Shown here: positions 1 to 11,587 of the stretch, piece by piece
How the letters are laid out: the number at the start of each line of letters is the position of its first letter
Numbering within the stretch: position 1 is the first letter of the stretch
Assembly: GCA_003693705.1 (NCBI GenBank)
Contig: RBZT01000318.1
Coordinates: forward strand, 1 to 38,816
DNA: 38,816 nucleotides
Source: Polymyxa betae A26-41
Taxonomy: Eukaryota; Protista; Endomyxa: Phytomyxea
Reading direction: 5' to 3'
Notes under the pieces: model-generated
Told to the model about the DNA's origin: nothing
The model's input: only the letters and a program-made list of their open reading frames with translations
Databases searched by the model: none
Program-made: the position numbers and the translations under genes

Positions 1-385
1 TTTATCCTAAATTCCATCCGGAGTTTAATTTCATTGAAATGTTTTGGGGAGCATGCAAGGCGTACACTCGTAAGCATTGCCATTACTCGTGGAAGACACT
101 GCAGACAATGGTGCCATTGGCTTTAAGTACAGTGTCCATATCCAGCATCCGCCGGTTTGCTCGCAAATCAGAGCGCTACATTGACGCCTATCGTTTGAAA
201 GAGGGAGATGATCGACTGACACCGGCGCAGGTTGAATATGCCGTAAAGAAGTACCGCTCACACCGCTGAAAAAATACTGGATGAACTATAATACGGAGTG
301 ATTGATAGCGGCGCGGCCTCTGGCGCAGCCTCTTTTTCAAAATAAAATTGAGACAAGTTGTTTGTTTAAGACTGCCCGCACTGTA
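1..385 (+). mobile_element. 3' end of a Tc1/mariner-IS630-like (DDE_3-type) DNA transposon: transposase C-terminus (<3..269) plus probable right end
   Basis: Frame from nt 3 reads [29 protein letters not shown]...[16 protein letters not shown]...AVKKYRSHR*, the PKFHxExNxIExxW catalytic-E block and KYxSHR tail of this transposase group. The downstream sequence ends ...CACTG|TA (379-385), typical of a Tc1-like terminus plus TA target. Confidence 0.8.
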
Positions 386-395
386 CAAGCAAAAA

Positions 396-1537
396 ATGTC
401 GAGACAGTTCGTGGAATCTCTTCGAGACCTTGCCCGACAAGCTTGCTGTTCGGAAGGCCGGCGAACACTTGTCGATGATGACCAAGTACTCAGTGATTTG
501 GAATGTCACCTTGACGAACCCAGAGCAATCGCGGTCATCCGGAATTTGGCCGCCACAGAATGCCATCACACACGCTCTCGACTTCGTCGATTTATATCGC
601 CAATATTATCGTCTGTCGCGCCAACGAATTTGAAATTTCAAGCACTTTGTAATCTTGTGCAAAACTACCCAGCTCATGCACGCCTCGTTTTTCCAAACGT
701 TGTGTTCCCAGATGTTTATAACGAATTCGAAGCTGCAAGAGCGCTGCTTTTCGCTTGCATTAGATGCGATGATGATTCTTTTGCAGCGTTTCTCGAACGT
801 CGTGATCTGATTGGGTTAACCATGAACGTTGCCGACGACATCGAATGGGCATTGTTGACGGTTAAGCTGTTGCTGCAGAAATCTCGATTAGATTGCCTGC
901 TGGAACTATCGCCGGAGCAGCTTCGATTCGCTCTGGAGGTTCTCGAGTCCTGCCTGCAGCCCGATATCATATCGTTTTTAACGACCATCTTACAATCATG
1001 GCTCAGCGAATTCGGCCCGCATTTGCTGGCACAAAATGACGTTCCTGAGGTTCAGCTCGACCTGCTATACGCAGCCTTGTCCCTTGCTAACGAAGCCGTT
1101 ATTCTTCCCGGTACCGTCTTCGACGAGCGCCTGGCCGATGTGACTTTGAACCTATTGTCGGCTTGCGGCCAAGGCGACGGTCCAAAACCCACACGAACAG
1201 GGCCGAACAGTGACATTCCGACAACGCCACATTCGATGAAGGCGATTCTCGTCCGATTGTTGGCGAATCTTGCCGGTGTCGACGAGCGATCGAGGCGGCG
1301 TATCGGTGAAGACGACGCCCTGCTATTGTTGCTAAATCAGGTCGGTTTTCAAGTTCATGTTACTGATGGATGCCTATGTCTAAAGTCTGCCAGACGAAGA
1401 TTGACGACCAGAACCCGTTCATAAGGGAGTGGGTCATTGTTGCCATTCGACATCTGACACAAGACGACCCCGAAGTCCAGAGGCGCATCGCCGAAATCCA
1501 ACCAACACCATTTCAGACAGTTCAGGTTGAAATGTAA
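396..1537 (+). CDS. ATXN10: Ataxin-10 / Ctr86-like armadillo-repeat protein, 2 exons (396-1340, 1394-1537), about 362 aa
   Basis: Removing the 53-nt GT-AG intron 1341-1393 joins LVRLLANL...LLLLNQ to TKIDDQNPFIREWVIVAIRHLTQDDPEVQRRIAEI, the Atx10 C-terminal signature (DxxNPFIREWxIxAIRxL). Confidence 0.85.
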
Positions 1538-1907
1538 AAGACAATTGTGAATTGAAGGTGCAAAGGCGGCCGCGCCCGACTGTCCTACTGTACTGTTAGT
1601 CTCTAGTACAGTATCTTGCAGCCAGCTATGCCTTCTATATCTACAGAGCAAAGCTTTATAAATGTTACTTATTGTATAGTCCTCTAGTCTTGGGCACCCT
1701 CCTTTGCTGATCTTCAAAGACCTCTGTATCATTCGGATGATTATGGACCCTTCCAGAGGCAATCGGATGTTAGGATGTTTACGCCGGGTTGACTCAATCT
1801 ATGAGTCACGATCGGGTTTTGTTAGCCGTCTTCCATCGTCGGAATCCATTCCCTGAAATTGACGGCGACCCCGTTCCTTATTTTTCATTCTATTTTGGCG
1901 CCGGTCA

Positions 1908-3335
1908 ATGGTGCTAGGCATTATTGAGCTATTCCATCACGGGGACGAGAATCTCGTGCCGTTTTTCATCCCGATCGGCATCATCGGTCTGATTCGTCTC
2001 GTGGTCTTCATATTTCGTTTGATTTGTTATCTGCTGTATCGGCCTCAACGGCCAAAGTCGACACATTCATACTCATCAAGCGACGTCACCATCATCGTAC
2101 CTACCATCGACTGCGGCCCTGAATTCGGCAGAGCTGCCATCCAATGGATGAAGAATGCTCCAGCTGAGATTATCGTCGTCACGACCCATGCCTGTCTCGC
2201 CGATATTCAGAAGATGGTCTACGCCGTTGATAAAGGCAGTGGCCTGTTTCGGGTCCTGTCCGTTCCTGAAGCCAACAAGCGCGTCCAGCTGGTTGAAGGC
2301 ATCAATGCTGCCAGGACAGAGATCTTGGCGCTCAGCGACGACGATGCTATCTGGTCCGACGACTTCATCAAGTGGATGTTGGTCCCATTCGACAACCCTC
2401 GCATGGGTGGCGTCGGTTCCAGCCAAGCGATGATGCCTGTTGGAGACAAACCGACACTCTGGGAGATCATGGCCGATATGCGTCTGTCCATGCGAATGAT
2501 GGAGGCGTCAGCGACCTCGTACGTCGACGGCGGCATAAGCTGCCTATCAGGACGAACAGCAGTGTACCGGAGAGAGATCCTGAGCGACAGCGCCCTGCAG
2601 GACAGTTTCATCAACGAAAAGTGGATGGGCAAGTACTACCTGCATTCCGGCGATGATAAGTTCCTGACGCGGTGGCTGGTGTCGCATGACTGGCAAATGG
2701 GATTCCAGATGCACCAGGACGCCATGCTGCGCACCACGTTCAAGCCCAACTGGTATTTCCTCAAGCAACTGCTACGATGGACAAGGAATACATGGAGGTC
2801 TGATTTTCGATCGCTGTTCATCGACCGAAAGATCTGGTCCCGTTATCCCTGTGTCGCCTTTAACATGTTGGATAAGATGATCAACCCTGCGACGCTACTA
2901 CTCGGGCCAGTTCTGATCGGACATGCCATGTTCCATCACACCAGATGGTCTCCGCTTGCCATTCTGGCAAGTGAAGTCGTCTGGGTCGTGTTCTCTCGTT
3001 ATATCCGATTGTATGAGCACTGGAGAAGGCGTCAATGGGACATCATTCACCTGCCGCTCTACATCGCTTTCAATTACTTCTTCGCCTTGATGAAAATCTA
3101 TGCGCTTTTCACACTGCATATCACTGGCTGGGCGACACGGAGTGATGAAATTGTGGATGTTGAGGAAAGCATCGCAGAAATCTCAATTGTTATCGATGAA
3201 GAAAACGATATCGGGCCAACGTTAGTCCGCAAGGTGTCCCCGTTGAGCATAAGCAAAAACGACCTGACAACCAAAATGGCATTACCACCAACCCCTCGTG
3301 AAATAGCTTTAATGAATCCTGCACCGGCCGCTTAA
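1908..3335 (+). CDS. Processive family-2 glycosyltransferase (Cps1 / hyaluronan-synthase / NodC-like polysaccharide synthase), intronless, 475 aa
   Basis: N-terminal TM helix, VTIIVPTID, SDDD (DxD), CLSGRTAVYR, SGDDKFLT (catalytic base), QLLRW (QxxRW) and three C-terminal hydrophobic segments. Confidence 0.9.
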   Translation: MVLGIIELFHHGDENLVPFFIPIGIIGLIRLVVFIFRLICYLLYRPQRPKSTHSYSSSDVTIIVPTIDCGPEFGRAAIQWMKNAPAEIIVVTTHACLADIQKMVYAVDKGSGLFRVLSVPEANKRVQLVEGINAARTEILALSDDDAIWSDDFIKWMLVPFDNPRMGGVGSSQAMMPVGDKPTLWEIMADMRLSMRMMEASATSYVDGGISCLSGRTAVYRREILSDSALQDSFINEKWMGKYYLHSGDDKFLTRWLVSHDWQMGFQMHQDAMLRTTFKPNWYFLKQLLRWTRNTWRSDFRSLFIDRKIWSRYPCVAFNMLDKMINPATLLLGPVLIGHAMFHHTRWSPLAILASEVVWVVFSRYIRLYEHWRRRQWDIIHLPLYIAFNYFFALMKIYALFTLHITGWATRSDEIVDVEESIAEISIVIDEENDIGPTLVRKVSPLSISKNDLTTKMALPPTPREIALMNPAPAA

Positions 3336-3917
3336 ATTCTATAAGGAATATAATCCCTCGAAACAAACCTATAATAAATCATTTGAGCATTTTGTCAATA
3401 TAGGTATGTACTCAATCAATTCTCATATACTTTGGATGACATGATGCACGAGGTGCGTGACAAGTTTCAGTCTCCAGATAGCAATCAATTTGGACTGAAA
3501 ATTCTTGCTTGGATTCAGTTATTGATACGTTCTTTGGGTGTTATGACACAGATGCTGGCTTTTTGTAGCAATTTATTCACCAAACGCTACGAGGCTTTCG
3601 GATAGAGCGACCCTTCTAGCCCCTTTTAACTACGTACTCCAAATGGCTACGATGAAGATGGTCTCAAACAATTACAGCAATGCTGTTTCAACTTTTCTTT
3701 GTAAGATTGCGAGGGCCTAAAATACAGGACAGAAACGAATGGAAAACTTGCTATATGAGATAAAGAAAATATCAAGACGGTATCAGTGCGAGGTTCTTAG
3801 CTGCTGAACACAGCAGTACTCCTGCTGAGCGACACTCAGTCTGAAGTATTGTGCCTACAGTACTTTACCAAACATTTTTGAAACTAATCTACCAAGTTAT
3901 CAGTGACTGAACACCTT

Positions 3918-5556
3918 CTAAGACAGTTTGTATTGAGGCCCCAAATATTGCAAAATGAGACCAAAACAATCTCTATCAGGGAACAGGCCTCTTTCGGCAA
4001 GAATTTGAAATAATTCAGACTGGTATCGGATCCGCCTCTGTTCATAGATAAGCTCCCCGTCTCTGACACCGTTCGCCAATTTCTCATAGTTAGATTGAGA
4101 CAGAAATCTCCTTGCCATTTCCAAGGGGTGACGTCCAGCAACATCCCAATCTAAAACACAATTGAAATGGGAAAAGAGCAATCTTGGAATTACACCGACA
4201 TTGTAGCTTTGTTGCCCCATATGACGCAAGAATTGCTGTCATGTCAGCATGGCCTCGTTGGCATGCAACGAACATGGGCGACCTTCCACCACCATCTATA
4301 TGTTCAATAAAGTCGGGACTGAGGCTCATAGTTTCGCCCAGAGCCGCTGCCATCGTCAGTTTGGTCCATCCTTCGTCGTTGACAGGTTCATATTCAACCG
4401 GCCATTCTCCAGGATCGCGACATTTCAACTTTCGACGAAAGAGGAGCATACGAGATTCAAAAGCAGAAAGACGTTCTGGATCTTTGGCAGAACGAGCCAT
4501 CGTTAGTTGCAAATGGCGGTTGTTTGCAACGAGAGCATCAGAGAAGCGATGCAGTTTGCAGCAAGCGTCGACGTATAACTCAAGAAATAAACAATCATCA
4601 CAATTACCAATTCCGTCATGTAATTGCAATGCCTTAAGCAAAATAGTATCCAAATCAACTTCTGTAACAGCAAGAGCTGCATGCAGAAGTGCATTCAAAC
4701 GGGAAGCGACATGATCGATTTCAAAAGCAAGCTGTAAATCTCGGAACTTGCTTAAAGGGTCTTCACAAACAAGTGCACGAGCTTCAAGCAGCTCGGCTGA
4801 ATCTGGGTATGCATAATGAGCGTCATCGAGATATGTAATCGGATCTTTGCACAGTAAGGCGATTTGCGCTACATACTTGCAGCATTGTCTGCATGTCGGA
4901 TGATGGTCGACGCGATTATGTAATTGCAAAGCTGTTTTAAACAGGTTCAGATCGCGGGCAATAAAGGCTTGATTAAAAACAACCCATGATGCAATAAGGG
5001 GATAATGATGCCGCTGGGAATATATTGCATCAGCAACGGACTGCTGTGCTTCTCTGTTGCCGCTATCGAGATACACCTTCTCTACAGCTTTTAGAAATAA
5101 TATCCTGGAATCGTTCCATGGCCAGGCTTCCCAGATGTCGCTTATAAAAGCAAAGGCCTGGTTAAATTCTCGCAAGCGGCCCAGCGCGTACAATCTCGCT
5201 AAATACAGAAGCGATGTTGGCCGAGTGCAATGGTAACGAGATTCAGCTGCATTCAAGTAGGACTGGGCCCGCTTCCAGAGACGCGTCTGTTGAAAACAAC
5301 CTCCACGCTGCATAGCGGTATCAGCAAGGGCCCAGGCTCGAACATACATTGCCAGCGTTGCTGACGATTTCGATGCATACAGCAGCGCTTCTTCATGTCG
5401 CCATAAAAGTGCATTGATCAATGCCAAGGCCGAATTCCAAACCGGATCCAATTCTGCTGCCTGCTGCCATAATTCCCTTACATTATATAAGCAATGCCCT
5501 TGTTTCCAGAGACGCTCCCCTTCGCTGGCCAAACGATAGGAGAGCGACGAATGCAT
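3918..5556 (-). CDS. TPR-like helical repeat plus ankyrin-repeat protein, 2 exons (5556-4194, 4150-3918)
   Basis: TPR-like segments (WQQAAELDPVWNSALAL, LDDAHYAYPDSAELLEARA) and ankyrin repeats (NDEGWTKLTMAAALG, DGGGRSPMFVACQRGHADMTAILASYGA). A 43-nt GTAATT..TTTAG intron (4193-4151) yields a third ankyrin start RYWDVAGRHPLEMA and links to the 3918..4229 frame. Confidence 0.7.
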
Positions 5557-6001
5557 TCAAGCAATGAGGACTCTCAGACAGAGACAGATTCGAACTGCAA
5601 CACTGTAGCTAATGTAACAACAGATTTCCAGTCGGAAATTCTGGCATGCGACAGGGCGGCGCCTTCTCTGATTTTTATACGCCGATGGTGCGTACTTTCA
5701 TGCTTCCATCATCTATGCATGTCATGTAAAACGTGCTTAGGCATTCCCACCACAGATTTATTAGTTTGAACGTGACTATCTTTCCCAGTCTGAAAAAGCT
5801 TGATGCGAAACAATTTATTGCTGATGAGGTAAGTGGTCCAGAAAGCGGTTATTGTGAGCTCCAGTAGAACAGATGGAACTCAGCTGTCCAGGATTTTTCT
5901 CTTTAGAGCGCGTTCAGGGACTTGTATGATTCATGCCGAGTTAAAACATAGATAAACGCAACACTTTATCTAGATTCAAATAGGCTTGTTAACCATTCAT
6001 T

Positions 6002-6848
6002 CTAATCGTCGCTCGCGTTCGAATATTGGAAATATACGTTGTTGTCGATTTCAACCAGGTATTCGTAATCGGGTTTAGTTTCGCCTTCAAGCCGTTTTTC
6101 TAGAAAGTCAATCATATCCTAAATCGTTTCAGAAACACGATAGTGGAAACCAATGCAGAAAGACGTACAAGACAGGTTTCATATCCCTCGATTATTTCTG
6201 GAAACTCCCACACTGTTCTAACGAACAATGCTCTCCATTTACTGAATAGAGCTTTTTGATCATCCTTGAGAATCTCGTTTGGGTACAGGAAATCGCGTCT
6301 TTTGGAGATGTTGACGTTTGCCTTGGTTGACGCAATAAGCGCTGACTTCACAAGATCAATATAGCTAGATATATCTATTCCCAGCTGAATTTCTAACTCG
6401 ATCATACTCGTCTCTGCCACATCAAATTCTTCATTCGTTCTATCTCGGATCTCATAGAGCTTTCTTGCTAATGAGTCCATTCTATGAATCATTTGTCAAA
6501 CGATCAGAATTGGCAACTAAGAACTTACTTAGACTGAAATCTATCTCGGTCTCTAGCCAATACCTGAATCGCATCCTCAAACTTCGATATAAACTCGCTC
6601 GATTCTTCTAAAGCTCGTTTCTGATGAACTAAGGCCGCTAATGCATCAGCAACGGCAGCGGATTCGTCCGCATCGAGTATTTTGAGACTTGAAAGAGCTG
6701 CCGAACGACGGTCCAGCTGCGATATGGCATCCAGAAAATCACGACGTGCATCGTCAAGGAAGGAATTGACCTCACTATTAATTGTTGTCATAGCCGTCGT
6801 CAGAGAATATAAGACGGTGAACACCGTCCAACCCGCAACAGCGAACAT
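6002..6848 (-). CDS. Hypothetical alpha-helical protein with signal-peptide-like N-terminus, 3 exons (6848-6529, 6481-6169, 6118-6002), about 249 aa
   Basis: Introns 6528-6482 (GTAAGT..TAG) and 6168-6119 (GTACGT..TAG) join two track ORFs and a terminal exon in frame. The N-terminus MFAVAGWTVFTVLYSLTTAM is hydrophobic. Confidence 0.65.
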
Positions 6849-7087
6849 CGCATTTCCCGATTAAGATATTTTGAAAAAATCTGATGATATGCTTCAATGT
6901 CTTGCAAGCGATTCCCAGCTAGCTTTGAGGTAATCACTAATGAGCCAAATTATTCAGAACGCAGTTTGATTGTCACCTAGTGAGAGGATAAAAGTCAAAA
7001 ATGCTTTGAAAAGATCAGCACTTGGTTGGAGTCTTGGAGAGTAAATCGCAGTTTGAATCATTTACATTCTCTCGCAAATTAAGACAT

Positions 7088-8617
7088 TTATTTATCGCGC
7101 ATTTCGTCTGAAGAATGCTTGACGTCTTGAAATGTATTTTCGTCCAACTCTGAACTGGAATCACTAAAAAGACAATAGGACAGATTCAGTCTTTATCAAA
7201 AATATCAATGTTCATATGCTTACTTCATTTCTTTTGTGGGATCTTCGATGGTAGTGTTCGACCTGAGAGGACGCCTTGCCGCTCGAATCGCTCTGGCATC
7301 TCTATGGAAAGGTCAATATTTGGCTCCGTTATGCAGGAGTACTTGCATGCACCTTGCGGGTAACTCTTTTTCAGCCAACCATGAGTGTCTCCGTTCTACT
7401 CGAGCTTGCTGACGTTGTTTCTGCTTTTCCTGTTCAAGCATTTGGCGTTCTATCGCCTCTTGTTCTTCTTGCCGACGTCTATCTTCTTCTTCTTGCTAAA
7501 AGCAGAGTTAGGCGATATCCCATGTGAACGCTTTCTACATAACCTTTGACTGAATGCGGGAAGATTGCCTTTTGGGCATTAGCGAGAACAACTGTTGTCT
7601 ATATCCCAGCCTCGTTCGGTTCTAAATCACGGTTAGACCAGGACAGTTAATAACAGAATACGAACTCTTTCTTGAGTCTCCAACGAAGCCAGTAATTCAT
7701 CGTTCAAATACAGGAACAAAGCCCGTTGCTTCTTATTGTCATCGTTATCGAGTCGGGAGCAAAGATCGCGAAGTTCTTCGATAGTCGTTGAGGCTACTTC
7801 CCAGACTGGAGCACAGCTTTGCAATCGATGACTAATATAGTCCTTCTGCTTTTCTGTGAAAATCCATGCGTCATCTTCGTCAAAGTTAAGCAAACAGAAT
7901 TTTAGGTGAATTGAGGACTACCAGAGAATCTATGATACGATTTCTTATTAGAATCGTATCCAACTGGGCGGAGTCTCTATAGAAGTGTTAATAAATGGAA
8001 CTATATAGAGAACTTATGAATTTACAAACCATTTCCTCGGCGGTCTTTCCAGAGTCCTGAACCATGCTTGGATATGCGTCGAAAGTTCTGTCGGATAAGC
8101 AATACAGCATCAAAAGCTAGAGAACGGTAAGTAATTTGAACTTTTAGAGAGGTGCAGTTGCTAACTTTGTCTTTTGAGCTGATTTGATGGAATGGTGTCG
8201 AATAATCAAATTCGTACATAAACTTCAATAACTTGAACGCAGCGTTTTGCCATTCAGGGAACCTGTAGTGCTTGTACTGAGGAGAGTAAAAAAGCATCAA
8301 CACAAACTGACCCTTCTGCTTTTATCTTTTTGGACTTGGCCTGTTCTGTTCCGCATTGGGTTAGTTTCCAAAAGAGCTCCGGCAGCAGCATGTTCCTGCT
8401 CTCAGGGTGATATGAATCCATGAGAGCATTTTCGAGGTCTTGTGGCGAAAAAGAAGGCAGCCCAAGAACAGAACGGAACACCTGGCAGAAATGGCAGAAC
8501 GAAGGCAGCTGCCACATCGAGCGAATCAGGGCTATGGCAAAGGGATATCAGTTGACACCCAAAGCGCAGATTCGCATCTGGACGAACCACGATCGCTTTC
8601 CGTTTGGACCTGGACAT
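7088..8617 (-). CDS. DDT-WHIM domain ISWI-associated chromatin-remodelling subunit (CECR2/RSF1/DDR4-like), multi-exon
   Basis: Exons read LIRSMWQLPSFCHFCQVFRSVLGLPSFSPQDLENALM (DDT), a WHIM-like LWKDRRGN, and WEVASTTIEELRDLCSRL...QRALFLYLNDELL (WSD-like), followed by a basic/acidic tail. Not every junction was resolved. Confidence 0.7.
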
Positions 8618-9127
8618 CGGGAGCGTCAATGCCCTCGCCACCATTAGTCGTCATTAGCGAGTTTATCCAGGCAACGGCTTGATTAATTCGCTAATAATGG
8701 TTTGTTTCAAAGGGAAGACACGGGAGCGGCCTCCTACATTTTCTTCTTGTCATTGTCATAATTTGATAGCGATCATTTCCATTTTGGTAGAACAGCTTTT
8801 GAGAGTACAATCATTCCAAGTACAATCATTCCGAAGTTTAAATGAACGCTGTAGTCTCTGGGTTTTGACAATTAACAATCAAACGATAGATCCCAGTCGA
8901 TTTATTTCAATCGTATGTGGCATTTATGGTCACTATGCTAAACAATCAATGATGGGAGTCTTTGAGCCCATAATACCTATGAAAACAAATCACAAAGAAG
9001 ACAAATACGGTTTTTGGAAGAATATCCTTTCACTGCACTGATTACATTCATTTAAGCATTCTCGAAGTCACAGTTTGACTTTCAATCCAATAATCTATAA
9101 GATGGGATGTTGACAACAATTACCTGC

Positions 9128-10457
9128 TACCGTTTAGTTATTGGGCTACCGAATCTTTGATTGGCTGCCAGATGTAGCGTACAAATGGTAACAAGCTCGC
9201 ACGATATGATCAGATGCTGGGTTTCGGCGCCAGTGTGGCAAGAGGACTCGAAGCTGTCTACAGCGAATCTGAACCTGATAGGAAGTCTGCTAACTGAAAA
9301 GGCTTCCATTGGAGACGGAGAAGCGTGATCAAACAAATTCTCACATTAGGCAGAGGATAGTCAGACATAACACCCTACAGTGATAGATTACTGAGACATA
9401 GATAACAAACGCAGTCTTATCGCTTTATGAAATGAATTTGAAACTTGACAAAATTTCAGCTCGATCAGGATCTCGGAAAAGCAGTACTGTACCGGTGCGT
9501 TAACGAGACGCCGACCTTCGAGACTGATCCACACAAAACGGCAAAAAATGTCTCCGAAGCTGTAGCGATGAAGCGGTTAAGCGACGCTGCAGCTCATCTT
9601 GATTCGGCAGCTGTTCTACAGTCGCGGACATCTACTGGCGACCATATCGCAGTTAATTTTTCCATCCGCCAGAGGCATGCTGGAATCACAAAGGGCAAAC
9701 CACAATGAGTTAATGACCCATCATGAAGCACGGAAGAAATCGGTAGTACTACCGTATTGTATGATCCAAAAAAAAAAATCGGCATTCCATCGCTGCAAAC
9801 CTCAGAGTTTGGCCTCGAGTACAATCTAACAATGTCATAAAACTACTCGTAATTGGCTTTTGTACTTGGAAATACACTACGAGAATACCGTCAGGGTAGC
9901 ACTTACATTGATGCCATGAGAGACCGGATGTTCCGCTACTGAAAAAGAAGCTCCCTGTTGAGATGGAATCATGGCAAAAGAGCATGGAAACGTACACTGG
10001 GGAAGATATGGACGTCGTTACACCTGCTATCTGGATGACGGAGAAGCCTGGGTTGTCTTGGTGACCCAAGATGGATCAACTTTCCAAGCGCACAATGGAA
10101 AGAAAACAAATTTGGCAACAGGAGCAGCGAAAGAAGATCAAACCCAAAGGTGAAAGTGCGTCAATCATGGTGTCTGCATTCCTTCGGAATACTATTCTCC
10201 GTTTAAGCCCGGATATGGCTTCTAAGCAAGCAAGCATCGTGATGTTGAAGCTCCGATCGATATATCGATGCTTATCGTGAATAAGATGGCGGTACGCGAT
10301 TAACACCAGCACAAGCGGATCATGCAGTGAAAATGTATAACGTCCCATCGGACAATTCCAATGTCAAAAATGAAAAAACAAAAAATCCGCTGCACGGCCT
10401 CTGAAATTTGGATTGCAATTGAAACAAGTTGTCGGTCCAAGGTTGCAGCAAACGGTA
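9128..10457 (+). mobile_element. Decayed DDE transposon of the same broad family as the element at 1-385 (frameshifted transposase remnant at about 9840-10230); outer boundaries tentative
   Basis: Frameshifted motifs YID(G)HERPDV (9904), VVLVTQDGSTFQAHNGK (cf. VTHDESTFxANDG) and KPKGESASIMVSAFL. Segment 10417-10457 aligns with the element end at 346-385. TACCGTTT (9128-9135) and AAACGGTA (10450-10457) form an 8-bp inverted pair. Confidence 0.7.
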
Positions 10458-10864
10458 TCGATTACTTAAATATGATATCATCCCATCTGAATGCAAACTA
10501 AAAGCAGCTGAAGGAGCAACAACTACCTAACCAAGACGAACTTGTACCGAAGCAACAGATTCAAACAAGTGATGAAGGCAAATGGCGATTCTGTATGGTT
10601 CTGAAGCTGTTGCTGATGAATCCAGGATGTTTCAAAAGATAAGATCTCTGTCTGTATTGAACAGTAGCCACTAGCGATGAAATGAACACATCAAACACAA
10701 GGACAATAAACTATAAAGAGCCAAACTAGAGAAAGAAAATGACAGGAGAAGGCCGCGTCGATTAATCTTGAGTCGGAGGTTTGAAGATCAATCCATGTAT
10801 CGTTACGAGCCTGTGAATCGGCTCAGTTTCTGACACCAATTCGTCCTTCATTGTCATAACCATA

Positions 10865-11407
10865 ATGGGCAACACTCCATCAACAACTTCCCAATTTAAG
10901 CCGGCGCCGCCCAGTCAGCCCCAGAAGCCGTCTCTGGCACCATTAGCGGTGCCTGAAGGTGTGCGAATCAGCGATGATCTGGCCAGTCGGGTAAAGCTGT
11001 CACCATCTGGAAAGAAGAGCTCGTCTGGTGAGCTACAAGCGTCAAAAGAACAAGTTTCTGCACCTCCGAGCCAAGTCGCCACACCAACAAGCCAAGTACA
11101 GATGAGCCCTAAAGTCAATATCGCCGCCGAACTTCTTCCTCGAGTGAAGACAGCTAATACGCCTAAATCGGCATCAAGTCCCATCAATACCGGCTATTCA
11201 CGGGAACAAGTTCAAGCCGAAGCTGCCGTTCCTTCGATCAGTATTTTCGAACAACCAGAACGTGTTATTGGCACATCGCCATTGTCCCCTAGAACTCCTG
11301 TTCAGTCTGAAGCTCCCATACCTGCCAAAGCTGTCGATCCCGCTTATGTCAACTCACTCAATCTTCCTTCTGAGGTTCAAAGCCGTATCGAGTCATATCC
11401 CTGCTAG
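10865..11407 (+). CDS. Ser/Pro/Thr-rich low-complexity protein with N-myristoylation-type start
   Basis: ATG-initiated 180-aa ORF starting MGNTPS (Gly2, Ser6), with a disordered composition. No family recognised. Confidence 0.6.
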   Translation: MGNTPSTTSQFKPAPPSQPQKPSLAPLAVPEGVRISDDLASRVKLSPSGKKSSSGELQASKEQVSAPPSQVATPTSQVQMSPKVNIAAELLPRVKTANTPKSASSPINTGYSREQVQAEAAVPSISIFEQPERVIGTSPLSPRTPVQSEAPIPAKAVDPAYVNSLNLPSEVQSRIESYPC

Positions 11408-11587
11408 ACTGAGAATCACATTTGTAATACCACTGTATCTGTAATAAATTGGATATGGATCTGTATATATAGGTTTGCTTCATATTTATGCTTCTTTTTT
11501 AAACATCTTATGCAGCAGATACGAAGCTCCATCAATGGTATTTGCTTTGAGCATTTTTGGTTATCTGCGCCATTCTTGAAATAGACG

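Noticed and set aside
1586-1613. 9-bp inverted repeat tactgtact/agtacagta downstream of ATXN10
   Set aside because: Too short to call a MITE or footprint without copy-number data, and bacterial-style terminators do not apply here.
2076-3119. Overlapping antisense and alternative-frame ORFs within the GT2 gene (similar ones overlap the ATPases and WDR75)
   Set aside because: Shadows of real coding sequence with no motifs of their own.
11405-11407. Possible TAG readthrough or code reassignment after ...YPC
   Set aside because: Other reconstructed genes end normally at TAG (6002, 20605, 26133), and the downstream frame is not protein-like.
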